NCBI GenBank assembly: GCA_000934665.2
Contig: KZ537967.1
Coordinates: 1 to 64,000, forward strand
Direction: 5' to 3'
Origin: Catajapyx aquilonaris
Lineage: Eukaryota
Length of the DNA: 64,000 bases
The notes below the pieces were generated by a model. The model worked only from the letters and a program-made list of their open reading frames with translations. It made no database searches and was not told where the DNA came from. A program made the position numbers and the translations under genes. Positions 10,708-23,477 of this stretch are shown here, in pieces (within the stretch, counting starts at the first letter, position 1; the number at the start of each line of letters is the position of its first letter).

Positions 10708-13700
10708 GGTAATCCTGGCAAGCTGCATCATCCGGCCATCATCATCTTTGGGTCAAAGTATATTCCTCCTAAGCCAAAAACCTTCCTTCTCTGAGCTCTG
10801 CTGGCACGCGAGTCCACTTGAAAAAATCTGGCCGGATCGGAGCCTGCCCCATGGACCAATTGGGCTCGCCGGACACCACACAAGCATAACCGCTTTTTCG
10901 AGACCTTGCTCCTAGGATATCAGATGCTGCTGGGAGTCTAAACCATATGACTATTAGCAATGGGACATCACCTAATCGAAAAAATGGGAACAAAACTTTC
11001 ACTTACTCATCCAGTTTATATGAAGGACGTACCAATTGCAAATGTCAAAATGTCGAATTGCAATACCAGGAAATGTATACTGAAAATTTTTAACCACCGA
11101 GATTAATTCTGACCTTCAATATTAAGATGACACCTCCAATGGGTCAGATAACAGGGGGCCTTCGGGGGTTTATAACAATGCAGATTACACCTGGCAAAAA
11201 TGCGGGTTAGGAATTTTTCTAAGCTACATATGAGCAGCATGTGGTTCCCCATTTCCTCCTCCGTCTGTCCCTGGCCCTTTTTTTTATTATTTCGCAATGG
11301 GGAAGAGGCAAGGTCACCATACCACACTTTTCTGGGAGGCGCCAAAAAGGACTTGCTTCTAGACCACCACCGACACCTTTCTTGCTTTTTAAAGCAGATT
11401 TATGCCGGATTTTCTCCGGAAGAAAAATGTTGATTTGCATAAGAGTCATTGGGATGCTTGATCCTTATAGGGGTGGAACTGCGGGGTGTTAGATAAAACT
11501 TCTCCAATTGGGTGTGACTTACCTACTTTGGAGGTTTCTCTATGGAAAGCTCTGTTCCCATTCCTTGGCTCCAGAGGGAATTTCAGGAAGGGTCCGTTAT
11601 TTTGTCATTGTTAAGGCCACAAAATATTTTAATGCCAATAATAAGCTTCTGTTAAGTGAAAAAAATCGATTCAGAAGTGAATAATTTTGTAATTTATTAT
11701 TTTATTTTCGGAATAATATGAGCAAATAGTATGAGCCCGAAAATGTCCTCAGTTTTAAACCCTAATTTACCCTAATTAATTTTTTACATTCAGATTTAGT
11801 AAATTTAAAGTGCAATCAGAAACTTAAATAAAAAACAGTCAAATTTCAAAGGAAATGCTGAATTTTAACACTGATAAAATTGTGCAAAAAAAATCCGGAA
11901 TGCAGATAATGAGATGCTCCTTCCAGGGCCAATCTCTTAATTGTTCGCAAACAGATAGTCCGTAACTTCATCATGCTTTTTTAAAAATAATCGGGGCAAT
12001 TGTGCCAAAACCGCACAATGCGGAGGATAACATTTGTGCATTTTTCTGCAAAAAAACGTGTTACTATTGAAGTTCCAGGTATCACCCAGATAATTATAAA
12101 CAATAAGGAAATTACAAAGTGTATTGTTTTTGAACATTATTTTTAAAGATAGATCGCAGCCGGCACATAATAGCCCTTTTGGAATGAAGTAATGGCTTAC
12201 ACAAGGACGTCTCGAAATGACTTAGACCCGAATGATGTGGCTTGGAATCCAGCTGATATGTTGATACAATTCCTCTGGCACGCCCACGTGTAATTCGGAA
12301 ATAAATATTTTATTAACCCCTTCAAGAACGATCCCATACTTTATAGCTGTCAACAATAATAATTCTTACAATAAATTTATTTTTTTTGCCCATGTACTGA
12401 ACTGCAAGGCCAATGAAAGTAATATGTTCTGCCCAACATAGTACCGGTACTGTATATGTAATAACATTTTAAGTTTTTGCGCTAACAAGTTGCCCTGCCC
12501 TATAGCTCTTAGCAATTTCCGGTCTAAGCAGCTAACCTTTTTTTGAACCTACGTGAACATAAATTACATCCTCAAGTACATACCTTAAGTAACCGGATCA
12601 GCTGCCTAACCTTTGATTAATTAAAAAAATTTCACTTGTCGCTTCTGGAATTCCGCCTGCATCTGATGGGTTTATTTGATTGTCGCCTATTTTGCATTTC
12701 TGAGGAAATAAATCGTGCCAACTAGTGGTATAAAAAGTGAGCGAAATATGACCAACTTGTTGCAAAGCCTGGAGATAAATCGTGGTTGAAGAGACTGAAG
12801 GTCGTATCAGGCAAGGAGATAAAAGGGTGAAAAACAAACGCTAATTCGACGCGTCATTGATTCACTTTGGCACCTTGGTAAATGCAACAGGGCGTGGTTT
12901 GAACCAAATGGTCATACACGTTGGGAGAGGTAAAGGTGATGCAACAATACATATCTGATTAAAGCTGGGTTCACACGGGATTTCATATAAACAAATAATG
13001 CAAACCAAATGCAACATTTAAAAAAAATTATGTATATTGTGAGGTCCAATATTGCATACTTGTCAAGTCAGCAGCTTTTGTTCAGACCGCATCAGCCTGA
13101 GGGTAACATTAGTACATTGTCGGACATGACTCTTGTCAGTTGTAATATTTGCAGTCCTTTTTCGAGGGATTCCAACTGGCAAATAGGCAGGGCGGGTCAG
13201 GATTTCCACAAATAGCAGCTATTTGTTTTATTTATAGGGTCGTAATTTTTGGAGGAGAGTTGGACGGTTACTGAGACTTGAAAGAGGATGCCGTTCGGAT
13301 GGTGCTTTTGCTTGTGTACAACATGGCCTTCGACTCATGTATCACATCACGGGTTTATTGCTTGAAAAGCAAGGCGTCTATAAAGTGCGAAGATACTCTT
13401 GAATGTGTGAGGCCAACGGAGGTCAAGCCTATAACAAAGCACCTGGACATGATAGCTCAGCATTGTTGTTTCTGAGGGAGAGTTTCCTTTGTGTAATATA
13501 CGCCTACTTTTTTCCTTCATAAGACGAACATATCATATGTCATCACATGCATGTAATAGAGGGGCTGTTCACCTTAATTTTCATGGGTTGTTTGTATGAT
13601 TGTGCACATATTTAAAATCATATTTAATAAAGTCGATTCTGATTGGCAAAAATGATGAAGCAATTCAAATGGCGCGAACTTTCATTTATTTAAGTTCTGG

Positions 13701-16078
13701 TTTAGTGCGGATTGGACACCATATGATATAATATTACAGCAAATATTTAAATGTAAATTCTGTACTTGCTGACTTGAAGGTTCAGCTTGAATTCGCCAGG
13801 AGCGCCCGCTGCCAAAAAGACCAGACCCGCCATCTGAATCGATTCGCACAAACCAACATCACCACCGGCATACTGCGACCTCTGTTGGATCCTATCCCAA
13901 TCTTCGCAACAGCAATAATTTCCACACCGCTGACTTTACAGGAATTAATCCAGGACACCAGTTCTAAACCGAAATATTCCCCATGTGGTTTTGCCTCTGG
14001 GAGAAAGAGAGAGAAAGAACCTTATGCCTTAACCTCGCAAGGACGCTAATATCGCAAATTATCGTCACAATAAAAAGGGGTCGAATGGACCTTTCACAGG
14101 CGGTTGCCTCGTTCCTGCCAATTCGCAGACTGGTCATAAAACGTCCGGACAATTTCGGGGACGAGAAAATTGTCCCAATGTTTGGGAGGGGGCAAGGGAG
14201 GTGAGTGAAAAGAGGAGGGGATGGGGTGAGATGAAAAGGCGTGATAAGAATCCTGACCCAGCCAAAGAGGCAGACTTGAATGCTAATTGGCAATGAATAA
14301 AAAAGAGAGGTTACTTGGACAGGTGCCTGCTGCTTATAGGTGTGATAGATAATCGGGCCTTTCATTTTTTGGAGTATAGAGAGGGGAATCGGGCGAATTC
14401 TTAAGCTGCATTCCAGGACCAAATGTGGGCAGAACTGTTTAAAAAATGAGGGTGTCACGCAAGAACTGGTGACATTAGCAGTAAAACCAGTTCATCATGA
14501 TCATCTGGCTTCTGCCTATATGGGCTAGAACTAAGGAGCAACAATATGGGTGTCTGAGAATATCTAAGTGTACAGTCGATCACAAAAATACTGTAGTTGA
14601 TATGAAACAGAAAACTCTGCTATTGAATTGGATTGAATTCTCAGAAGAAAGGAAAAGAGGTCGATTGAATTGTATTATTGGCTGCGTCGTTGTCTTCTAA
14701 TAATGTTAGCAGAAGCCTTCAAGGACAGCCAATCATGGAAGCCTATGAAAAACCTATCACAACTAGCAAGAAGCATTCCTGCATGGTAAAGACTAATCAG
14801 ATAGACAATCACCACCACCCTATATATGTCTTGGTTTAATCCAAGGTGACAATCGGATGGTTTAAGCAGCTCGAATTGTTTTTGTACAATCCTTCGTTCA
14901 CTATGAGGTCAATTAAGAAAATGTCAACGATGATGACAGTTTATTGAACAATTCATTAATAGTAATAATGTACGTTAAGAATAATTCAATAAATGGTTTC
15001 AAACGCTTGTGAACCACAGCACTCCAGAGGTACAGATAACATTTTTGCTATCGACTGTACACAATTCTATGAACCTATATACCATTTTCCCCCAATGAAA
15101 AGGGGACAATGATATTTACAACCCTCGAAGGACATGACTCTTTATATTCATGGACCCAATACACCATATCATTCCCTATGCAGCTTTATTAACAAAGACT
15201 AATTAAACGAAATTGCATTATGTAAATCCGATTTTTAGAGGCAATTAATTAAGCAAAAGCAAGCTTCATGTCATTAATGCTAAACAACTTGCGCGCATCT
15301 GGATATTTAAAAAAATGCATGGAAGCCATATTTAGATTGGACGCAATGAGCCTGAATTTTATCCCATAGGTTACAACAAAATTGCAGTTCCCAATAGATT
15401 TCTTCCGGTGTAATTCCCAGCCCTAAAACAACTGGCCATGAGATACGAAAAAAGGGTGTGGCCTTTAGCAAGGTGTCCCGCTAGACTTCCATGTATACCA
15501 CACACACACACACATGCTTTAGTTGGGCCAGATTCACAAACCAAGGTTGCATTCCTGATCAGCAATTCCGTACCTGCAGGCCACAACTTTTTTTGGGGCC
15601 CTCTGGTGTCAACCCCGTACAAAACTTTTGTTCCAGGAAAAACTGTATAGAGCTGTGTGCTGGAGGTCACGTCCGATCCTAGAAGATGAAATTGGACCCT
15701 CAGAACAAAAGTTTTCTGGCAGCTTCCTCAGCAAATCCCATGGCCGATGATTAATTTTTTGGAGGTGACCCGCTTGACGTCATTGAACATGCAAATTTTT
15801 AAACCAGCAGGGTCAGACCTTTATTTCCACTTAATTGCTACTGGTTCGCTGAAAACTAGATCGCGTCTGAGACATTATACATTCCAGTCAGCATCAGGTT
15901 TAAGATATCGCATGCCAACTCCTTCTAGTCCTTGGACCACCACGGCCTTCCGGAGCAGCCTCCAGAAGGACCGCGGAAGCAAAAGAGCAAAGTTCTTCTG
16001 CAACTTCGGGCGCCAAGTCTCAGTTTGAAAGGAGACGTCGCCTAGGCGTCATCTGCCCTGCACCTCTTCGCCAAAAGC

Positions 16079-16096
16079 ATGATGGCCACCGTGATA
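16079..16096 (+). CDS. CP-B exon 1 (signal-peptide start)
   Basis: ATG ATG GCC ACC GTG ATA|gtaagt = MMATVI, phase 0. An Inr-like TCAGTT lies at 16020-16025. Confidence 0.8.
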
Positions 16097-16659
16097 GTAA
16101 GTCCTTCGTTTTATTACTCTCCTGGACAGGAAGTAGTATTGCACCACTCTTATTAATATAGCCTTGTGAACCAGTATGACAGGACTATACCACCATCTAT
16201 TTTTGTGATGTGACATTGCATTGTTTATTATGTAGGCTATGTAGAAATTTAATATTTTCTGTAATTACACATTATTGGATATGCAGATTTTTTTGATGAG
16301 AATACCACCCTTTTATTAACACATGAATTTATTATTATATTTAATTAAAGACCTACTACAATCAAAACTAAATTATAATTACAAGCTAATTATGTTGCTC
16401 TAGTTTAATAATAAATATAGCAGATACGATTCTTTCGATTAGAAAGGACCATAATGTGCTTTTTAAACATATAGACCCTGTAATTTAATGAATAATTAGA
16501 GTCTATTATGTTTCAGTGTATGAACAATAATTTGACAATATTATGAGACTCTTTCAGCACAATATCTGCAATACGTTTATTATTAATCAAGAGCAACAAA
16601 ATTATTACGAATAATTGCAGATATACTGTATGACTTTATAATGTGTTTTCTTTCCTCAG

Positions 16660-17445
16660 ATCGCGACTTTGATGTGCTGCCTCGGGGCGGCCCTAGCTCA
16701 GTACACCACTCCTGTGCCAATTCTGAAGCAGATCAACCGACATAACGAGGACGGTTCGTACACCTACGGGTACGAAGGTGCGGACGGATCGTTCAAGATC
16801 GAGACCAAGAATCCGGCAGGAGAGGTCGCAGGCAAGTTCGGTTACGTGGACGATACCGGAAACCTCCGAGAGATCGAGTACGGCGCGGGTAGCAGGGGTT
16901 ACGAGCCATTCGGTGATGGCATCACCGTTGCACCTCCTACGATCCACCAAGGAGGAGGCGTCCCGGACGATGGCCAGTACTACCCTGAGAAGTACGAGGA
17001 CCCGTACATCGGGGAGGTCAGCAAGCAGCCACGTAACCAAAACCCAGCACGGTTTTACTCCTACAGCTCCGGAGGAGGATCGCACTTCCAGCAGCCACAG
17101 CATCGCTTCCAGGAACGTGACTTCCAACGACCACAACAGCAGTACCACCAACCACAACAGCAGTACCACCAACCACAGCAGCAGTACCACCAAGAGCAAT
17201 ACCAAGAACAGCAATACCACCAGCAGCAGCCTCTGTTTCCTCAACTTCAACAACGTTTCCAGTCCCAGCCGCGGTTCCAGCAGCCTCGGCCTCAACCACA
17301 ATACTACCACCAGCCGCAGTACCGTCACACCAACTACCGTCGTGAGCCCATCGTCCTTGACCCCAACGTCTTCAATGGCCATCCTGCATCAGGCATTGAC
17401 CTCAACTCTGGATCGTACTCCACTAGTCTCACTTTCTCTGGGTGA
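16660..17445 (+). CDS. CP-B exon 2: CPR (RR-1-like) cuticular protein, about 267 aa, Gln/Tyr/His-rich tail
   Basis: Acceptor tttcctcag. IATLMCCLGAALAQ signal end, then PVPILKQINRHNEDGSYTYGYEGADGSFKIETK...G.V.GKFGYVDDTG..R.IEYGA...GYEP.G (extended R&R consensus). TGA ends at 17445; AATAAA at 17507 and 17600. From memory it resembles Drosophila Cpr97E-type proteins (unverified). Confidence 0.93.
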   Translation: MATLMCCLGAALAQYTTPVPILKQINRHNEDGSYTYGYEGADGSFKIETKNPAGEVAGKFGYVDDTGNLREIEYGAGSRGYEPFGDGITVAPPTIHQGGGVPDDGQYYPEKYEDPYIGEVSKQPRNQNPARFYSYSSGGGSHFQQPQHRFQERDFQRPQQQYHQPQQQYHQPQQQYHQEQYQEQQYHQQQPLFPQLQQRFQSQPRFQQPRPQPQYYHQPQYRHTNYRREPIVLDPNVFNGHPASGIDLNSGSYSTSLTFSG

Positions 17446-17693
17446 TTTCAACGCACGGATGAGGCAGCAACTTGGCAGACTAACAGGACTTGTGTAATTT
17501 ATTATTAATAAAGTCCACCTGTACATACTGTATACTTGTCCACTGATGAACAGAACGGTACCTTTGTTATACTCATGTACTTGAGCCTGTACAAAACTGA
17601 ATAAACACTGTACTCTATAGGGCGCTATTGTTATAATTCGACATTGCATTAAATATATATATTTTAAAAATATTAAAATCTTTCGTTGTATGA

Positions 17694-17787
17694 CCGATTG
17701 GCCCGCTGACCGCGACGCTTCCGATTGGCCCCAGTTCTGCGCCTGCGCAATGGGGAGAGCAGCGCCTCTGGTGAGTGGAAGAAGGAA
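17694..17787 (+). repeat. Dispersed ATTGG/GCGCATGCGC repeat, copy 1
   Basis: GATTGG..ACCGCGACGCTTCCGATTGG..GCGCCTGCGCAATGG..CAGCGCCTCTGGTG; aligns by eye to four other copies. Confidence 0.7.
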
Positions 17788-19125
17788 TGCTGACCGGAGT
17801 TAATCTATCAAACGCTCTCAGGAAGTAGCCTTCTTCGTAGTTTTTGGTTCACTGTTGGCGGCGTCTGGCCATTAAATTTACATCAGCAGGCTCAAAGGCG
17901 CCAAACATCGATCCAAATAATGGCTTCCTGCCCCTCACCCAAAATATAATATAAGAAAAGACAACGTGCAAAGGCGAGATTAATAACTACCACTATAGAC
18001 ATGCGTACACACGCACAAAAAAATGTGGTTATCAAAAGCCTCCAAACACAGGATTTCACACACCGCCAGACTTATCTTCAATTTTTTATACAATAATTTG
18101 AAAATGCTTTTCGTGGCAGTATTTCACTATAGGGCCCTGGGTTTTGATGGATGAGATTTAAAGTCTAGAATAATCCCGAGGTCGTACTTCCCTAACGATG
18201 GAGCTTCGGATTTTGGGGCTTAATCGCCCGGAAATCTTTCCCAGGTCAAATCCTTAGATGCAAACTCCAAACAGATATTAAGCTGGGCTGGCTTAAGACT
18301 CGGAGGCAAACAGACAGGGCCTCGGTTTTAAGTATATTTTGGTGTGCAGCCTTCTGATGCCTGGTTCCAAAAGCTGGAAAACTTTTGAAATCTATAAGCC
18401 CATCGGAGTTTATGCTTGAAAAGGTACAGGGTAATTTGCGTATATACAGCCTTAAAAAAAGGGCCAATCAGCCTCATGGAAAGATGGTTTCTAATAACTG
18501 TCAATGTGATTAATGAATTTTATATTCCAGGATTAGCGACGATATTATTCAAGGATGCCGGGAAGTATCATCAGCACCGAACAATACAGGAAGAAAATAG
18601 GCCTCTCCAACAATCGGATAAAAAAAAATTAAGGTGTGACCACGCCCTGCTCAAGGTTCTGATAGTGACGCATAGTTTGGATGACATTCCTCAAGGTGGA
18701 ATTCCTCTGGTGCGATATTTCCTTTAACAGTGACAAGTGCGTGGACTCCTATAAGGCAATGTCCTTACTCCTCCCTGACAATTGAATTAAAGAATCGCAT
18801 CTGAAAATTACCCAGACCAGGATGAGGATTCAAGGATGATGATGGTACATGGCCAGCTGCTGCTGCTCCCATTTTCAGGATAACTTATTTTATTGAAAAG
18901 GAAAAGTATCGAGGTTGGGATGCTAGAAGCACCAAGGTTCCGTTATGTGGTGGTGAACAACCTCATTTGCATACTCAGGTTCCTGATTCCAATAGCGGTG
19001 AAAGAAAAAGTGATAGCTCCAGATGGTAACAGTGGGTGTTAATTTAAATATCACCCGATGATTTTAGGCTAATTAAAAATAATTACAACTATTGCAGTCG
19101 ATTTGAAGACATTATGCAGTATGGG

Positions 19126-19487
19126 CAGGGAGCATATACTACATAAGAGGCGCCAACATTCGATTTCCGCGTCTCTCTGCTTGGGGCGTTGCCAAGGCTG
19201 GCGGCCATTTTGAAGTGTGGGCAACGCCAACGAGGTATAAATAGGGTACAGGCAAAAATAGGGCCCGCCATCTTTGATGGTTTTGGCGGCCATGGCAACT
19301 ACAAGGCAAGAACACGGGCGATTCAAAGATGGCGGACCCTATTTTTGCCTGTACCCTATTTATACCTCGTTGGCGTTGCCCACACTTCAAAATGGCCGCC
19401 AGCCTTGGCAACGGCCTCAAACAGAGAGACGCGGACATCAAAGGCGCCGACAGAAGTTTGCGCCTCTTATGTAGTATATGCTCTCTG
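19126..19487. mobile_element. Palindromic MITE (362 bp) with 7-bp TSD, P-element-like termini
   Basis: Arms of about 150 bp are near-perfect reverse complements (CAGGGAGCATATACTACATAAGAGGCGC... / ...GCGCCTCTTATGTAGTATATGCTCTCTG). GTATGGG is directly repeated at 19119-19125 and 19488-19494. Confidence 0.88.
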
Positions 19488-20022
19488 GTATGGGACTGAT
19501 ATATTTACTTAAGCATTGGCTGAATTATTTACTCAAAAATTGAGTGAAAATTACTTTAAAAATAGACTGATCGAGTCAATGGAGAGAAATGATTAAATTG
19601 TAGTTAGAAATGAAGCGGAAAACTCAGATTAATTGAGGAAGTAAAAAAACATCATGTTTTGCGATTAATTTTCAATCCTTCCATCAATATAGTAACTGAA
19701 AATAATTGCTACCCTTTTGTACATTTTAATCTCTTCAACTTTGGCTTGTACTCTGCCATTAAAAAAATCAGGAACTGCCCTTATCCCTGATGGGTTCTCG
19801 AACTCCCCATCACCTCGTACTGACCTTTGTCCAGCAAAGCGCTGGCAAAAGTTTCTGAGAGAAAGTGACGAGGAGGAAGACCTTGATCTGGTTCAAGCAA
19901 GTGGTGTAGGTTATAGAGTGGAGGGGGGGAAATAAGAGACGATTTGCCAGCCCCAGTACGTGTAAATGTGTAGCAAGCCCTGCTCTTAGAAGGTTGCTAG
20001 GGGTTCATACTCCCGCCCCTGG

Positions 20023-20036
20023 TATATATAAATAGG
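20023..20036 (+). promoter_or_regulatory. TATA box of CP-C
   Basis: TATATATAAATAGG about 80 nt upstream of the CP-C ATG. Confidence 0.6.
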
Positions 20037-20105
20037 AAAAGGGCAGCTCGAGTGCCGACTATACCGGGTTTGGAACAGGTGTTGATTAGATCGTGTGTTG
20101 GGGTT

Positions 20106-20120
20106 ATGGCGCTCCGTTGG
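20106..20120 (+). CDS. CP-C exon 1
   Basis: ATG GCG CTC CGT TGG|gtaagt = MALRW, phase 0, downstream of a TATA box. Confidence 0.8.
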
Positions 20121-20822
20121 GTAAGTTTCGACAAGACAAATGGAGGGAAATTCCTCAAGTCTAGTGAAGTGAGGTCCTTGACACGCATTGCATTTTCAAT
20201 CATTTTGAAAAAAAAATTTTTTTGGACTTGCCACATACTGACACTTTTGAAGGTGTGGGAGTGCTTCCAGTTAGATTCTCATAATTTAGTTACGCAAATT
20301 GTTGGACACCGCCCTGTGTTGTCTTGAGGTGTGCACACCCAGTGCAAACATGCATGGATACACCCAGTGATATTATTGTGAACATGCATAGTACAGGGTG
20401 GTGCAGGGAATGCACCACAGGGTATTCCAAAGTGTTTAGTGTCAATCGACAATTTCTTTAACGTATGATAACGACTTAATTTTGACCAGTATTGCCCCCA
20501 ATATTATTTCCATATTTATATAATTGGGTAGGTGTCTTTCCAACACCTAACATTGAACGAAATGGTGGCCCCCGAGGCAGTAGTCCCAACCTTGACAATT
20601 CACTTCTGGTTGCGTGGCATAGGCACCTTAGCCTGACCTCGTCCCAAATATTTCGAGACGATATATCTCACAAGGAAGTACAGGGGGGTATCCCGCCAAT
20701 CTGGCTTGTAAATCTCCATTTTCGTCTGTTAGGGAGGGTTAGACCTTGGTAGCCATTTTCCACCTCCGGGGAGTGGTCCTGTGAAGTTTCCCGGAGATTC
20801 ATGTTTCTTCTCTCTGGGACAG

Positions 20823-21001
20823 GTTGTGCTGCTGGCCCTGGTGGCCCTAGGAGAGTCCCAGAGGTACGTGGACTACGACTACGAGTCTGAGCCCTCGCCC
20901 CCTCCCAGGCCTCGCCCCCGCCAGCCGGCGCCCCCGCCCCCGAAATCATCGCCGTCTGCAACCCGGGTCACGCCCGTGCCCATTCTCAAGCAGATCAACA
21001 G
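20823..21001 (+). CDS. CP-C exon 2 (signal peptide, Pro-rich linker, start of the R&R region)
   Basis: Acceptor ..ctctgggacag, VVLLALVALGESQRYVDYDY...TPVPILKQIN(R), phase-2 donor ag|gtaagt. Confidence 0.9.
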
Positions 21002-21976
21002 GTAAGTCAAGCTTGCAAGGTCTGCCTCCTCTCACTCCCTTTTAATAAGACCGGAGGCACTACCGGTTCTAAGCCCAGATCAAGGAGAGTGATGCAACAA
21101 TGCATGACATGTCACGAATCGGCGTGGCCCAACATCACATAACTGTACATAAGTGACTGTTCACTACACTATCTAATAAACACTACTACTAGAGAATGCC
21201 ATGAGACGTACGTAAGTCGAATATTACGTAACTCGGAGCCATGTACTATCCCGTATGTGTTACTCCGAAACCACAACAGTTTTTGTAGTTCCCTGCTCCC
21301 TGAGATAGGAAAAGGACCTGGGACCAAGTGTTGTGGTTTCGGAATCGCATTTCTTTGCATATATTATATATTTTTTTTACCTCTAATAAATCTGTAATCC
21401 ATGTGATTTTGAAATAGCGGTAGTGACTGTTACTTTTACCAATTGCTAATATAGATTGGACTACATTGGTTGTTCGACTGGATAGTTGAGGTTATAAAAG
21501 CAACACCACGGGGCGACCTCATTCCCAAAATCGTGCTCTGGGCACTCAAACGGACAGGGTTCTCACATCTCCTGTCACGTAGGTACGGTTTGCAAAATTT
21601 TTCGGCGGGTCCCGAGTCCAGATTTGGAGCTGGTTTCATCACATGTGCTCGCGTTTTGTGGGTCTCGCACACGCCATCGTGAAATCAAGGCGCGGTTTTG
21701 ATTGCATGAGAAAAGGAGACACGGTCCACCTCTTGGGACGTCACCTGGTGTGACAAACGTCTCTGATGCTTGGAGCTGATTTCGAAAAAGGGAAGTTTTT
21801 TTTTAAAAACATGGAATTCTGTTATCGAAAAACCGCCTGTTATGACTGCGGGATCGCATGTTGGCGTGTGCCCCACTGGCACGGTCTGACTATTTCAGCC
21901 TAATGTGACCTAATCTTGCGCAGGGCGGTCTAAGCGCATTGTGATGCCCAGGAGGATTAAAATCCTTGACCGAGTC

Positions 21977-22088
21977 TTCTGATTGGTCCACCGCATATTG
22001 TTACCGCCACCGCTTCCTGTAGCCCAGCGTTCTACGCATGCGCAATGGGCAGCGCCTCTGGTGGGTGGGAGGAGAAACTGTGCATTCG
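21977..22088 (+). repeat. Dispersed ATTGG/GCGCATGCGC repeat, copy 2 (CP-C intron 2)
   Basis: TTCTGATTGGTCCACCGCATATTGTTACCG..TTCTACGCATGCGCAATGGGCAGCGCCTCTGGTGGGTGGGAGGAG. Confidence 0.75.
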
Positions 22089-22177
22089 ATCGCTGCCCGT
22101 CGGAGAGTTCATTTCACTCCCTCCTATCCCCAGCTCGTCATACACTATTTTAGTAAATACATAATTAATACCCGCAG

Positions 22178-22928
22178 GCACAATGAAGATGGCTCCTACA
22201 CGTACGGGTACGAGGCGGCCGATGGCTCCTTCAAGATCGAGACCAAGAACGCTAACGGAGACGTGAAGGGCAAGTATGGGTTCGTGGACGACGGTGGTAT
22301 GCTCCGTACTGTCGACTATGGAGCTGACCGATATGGGTTCCAGCCCAGTGGAGAGGGCATCACGGTACCTCCACCAACCATCGTTGACGAAACCGCGACT
22401 GAAGATTACTACAGACCAGCCAGACCCGCGGCCCGACCTGCGTACCGTCAACAGCAGCAGGTAGTCGAGGCAGTACCGGTGTACCAGGAGGTACCTGTGT
22501 ACCGGCCCCAACCGCAAGAAGTCCCAGTGTACCGCCCGCAGCCCAGACCGGCCCCAGCCCCGAGGCCGATAGTCCATGTGCCCCAGCCGCAGTTCAGCGA
22601 GCCACCAACCCGAGCCCAGTTTGCCCCTGCCCCTGCCCCTAGGCCTCTCTCAGGTTTCAGACCAGGCCCATCCGCATCCGCCTTCGTTCCTGCCCCTAGA
22701 CCTGCCCCTAGACCCGCCCCGCCACAGTTCGCCAACGCCATCCCAATTTCCGCTCCGATCGCCCCTAGATCGCCCCCGCCCCCGCAGCAGAGCTTCCCCG
22801 TAGCCCGAGCAGCGCCCCCGCAGTCATCTAGAGGTCCCGGAGGATTCCTGGACCAGCTGGCCAGAGACTACGCCTTGCCCTCTGACACAGCCCCTGCCCT
22901 GCATGATATCTCCTTCGGATATTATTAG
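22178..22928 (+). CDS. CP-C exon 3: CPR (RR-1-like) cuticular protein, about 314 aa total, Pro/Ala-rich tail
   Basis: Acceptor cccgcag, (R)HNEDGSYTYGYEAADGSFKIETKNANGDVKGKYGFVDDGG..RTVDYGADRYGFQPSG, PAPRP repeats, ends LHDISFGYY*. Spliced CDS is 945 nt. Confidence 0.93.
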
Positions 22929-23014
22929 TTGCATCTTCTTGTATAGTAGGAGTCAGAAGTTCCAGCAGATTCTCAAACTTTGGGTCTTTCCCATTACTTA
23001 AAAAAAAATGAAAT

Positions 23015-23095
23015 GGCCATTTGCACATGCGCGTGAACTTCCACACTTTCATGCTGAAATATCACGCTCGAAACACGCGCGTGTGCGAACGGGCC
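23015..23095. mobile_element. Degenerate mini inverted-repeat element, PIF/Harbinger-like ends
   Basis: GGCCATTTGCACATGCGCGTG ... CACGCGCGTGTGCGAACGGGCC form imperfect 21-22 bp inverted arms. Confidence 0.45.
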
Positions 23096-23343
23096 GAATC
23101 AAATGTGCCAAAGTTGTCTCATAATGAGGATTACTTTCGAACATTGCATGTCGGATCTTATAGGGTGTTTTTGGTTTGAAACAGGAGTTTTATATTGAAT
23201 GGACACTACCGATGGGCTTCAGCGATATTGAAAAATTTCGAGGAATAATTATTGATGTTAAATAGTATTATTATTGAATTACGTGAACGGGTCGGATCTT
23301 GGTGTTTTCATCGGTTATTCTTATCACTTTTTAATGTAGGCTA

Positions 23344-23477
23344 CTATCGGGTTTAATTAGTTCCGGCCACTTTATCCAGGTCTTGAATCAACCCTTCACA
23401 CCTCCTCACAGTGGGGCCTGTGCGAAGGGTTGTTTCATGACCAGGATAAAGTGGCCGGAACTAATTGAGACCGATAG
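23344..23477. mobile_element. Hairpin MITE (134 bp) flanked by TA, Tc1/mariner-like
   Basis: About 58-bp arms CTATCGG..TAATTAGTTCCGGCCACTTTATCC.. / ..GGATAAAGTGGCCGGAACTAATT..CCGATAG, with TA on both sides. Confidence 0.75.

Noticed and set aside
11309..11316. FTZ-F1-like CAAGGTC(A/G) and Grainyhead-like sites near cuticle gene promoters
   Set aside because: Short matches expected by chance in 64 kb; enrichment cannot be shown without a background model.
16693..17497. Long antisense and alternate-frame ORFs over CP-B (similarly 3353..3952, 22032..22577, 53503..54051, 53672..54217)
   Set aside because: Shadows of low-complexity, codon-biased cuticle CDS; no independent protein features or splice signals.
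22038..22177. N-terminal extension MRNGQRLWW.. of ORF 22038..22928
   Set aside because: Intronic; the ATG comes from the dispersed GCGCATGCGC repeat.
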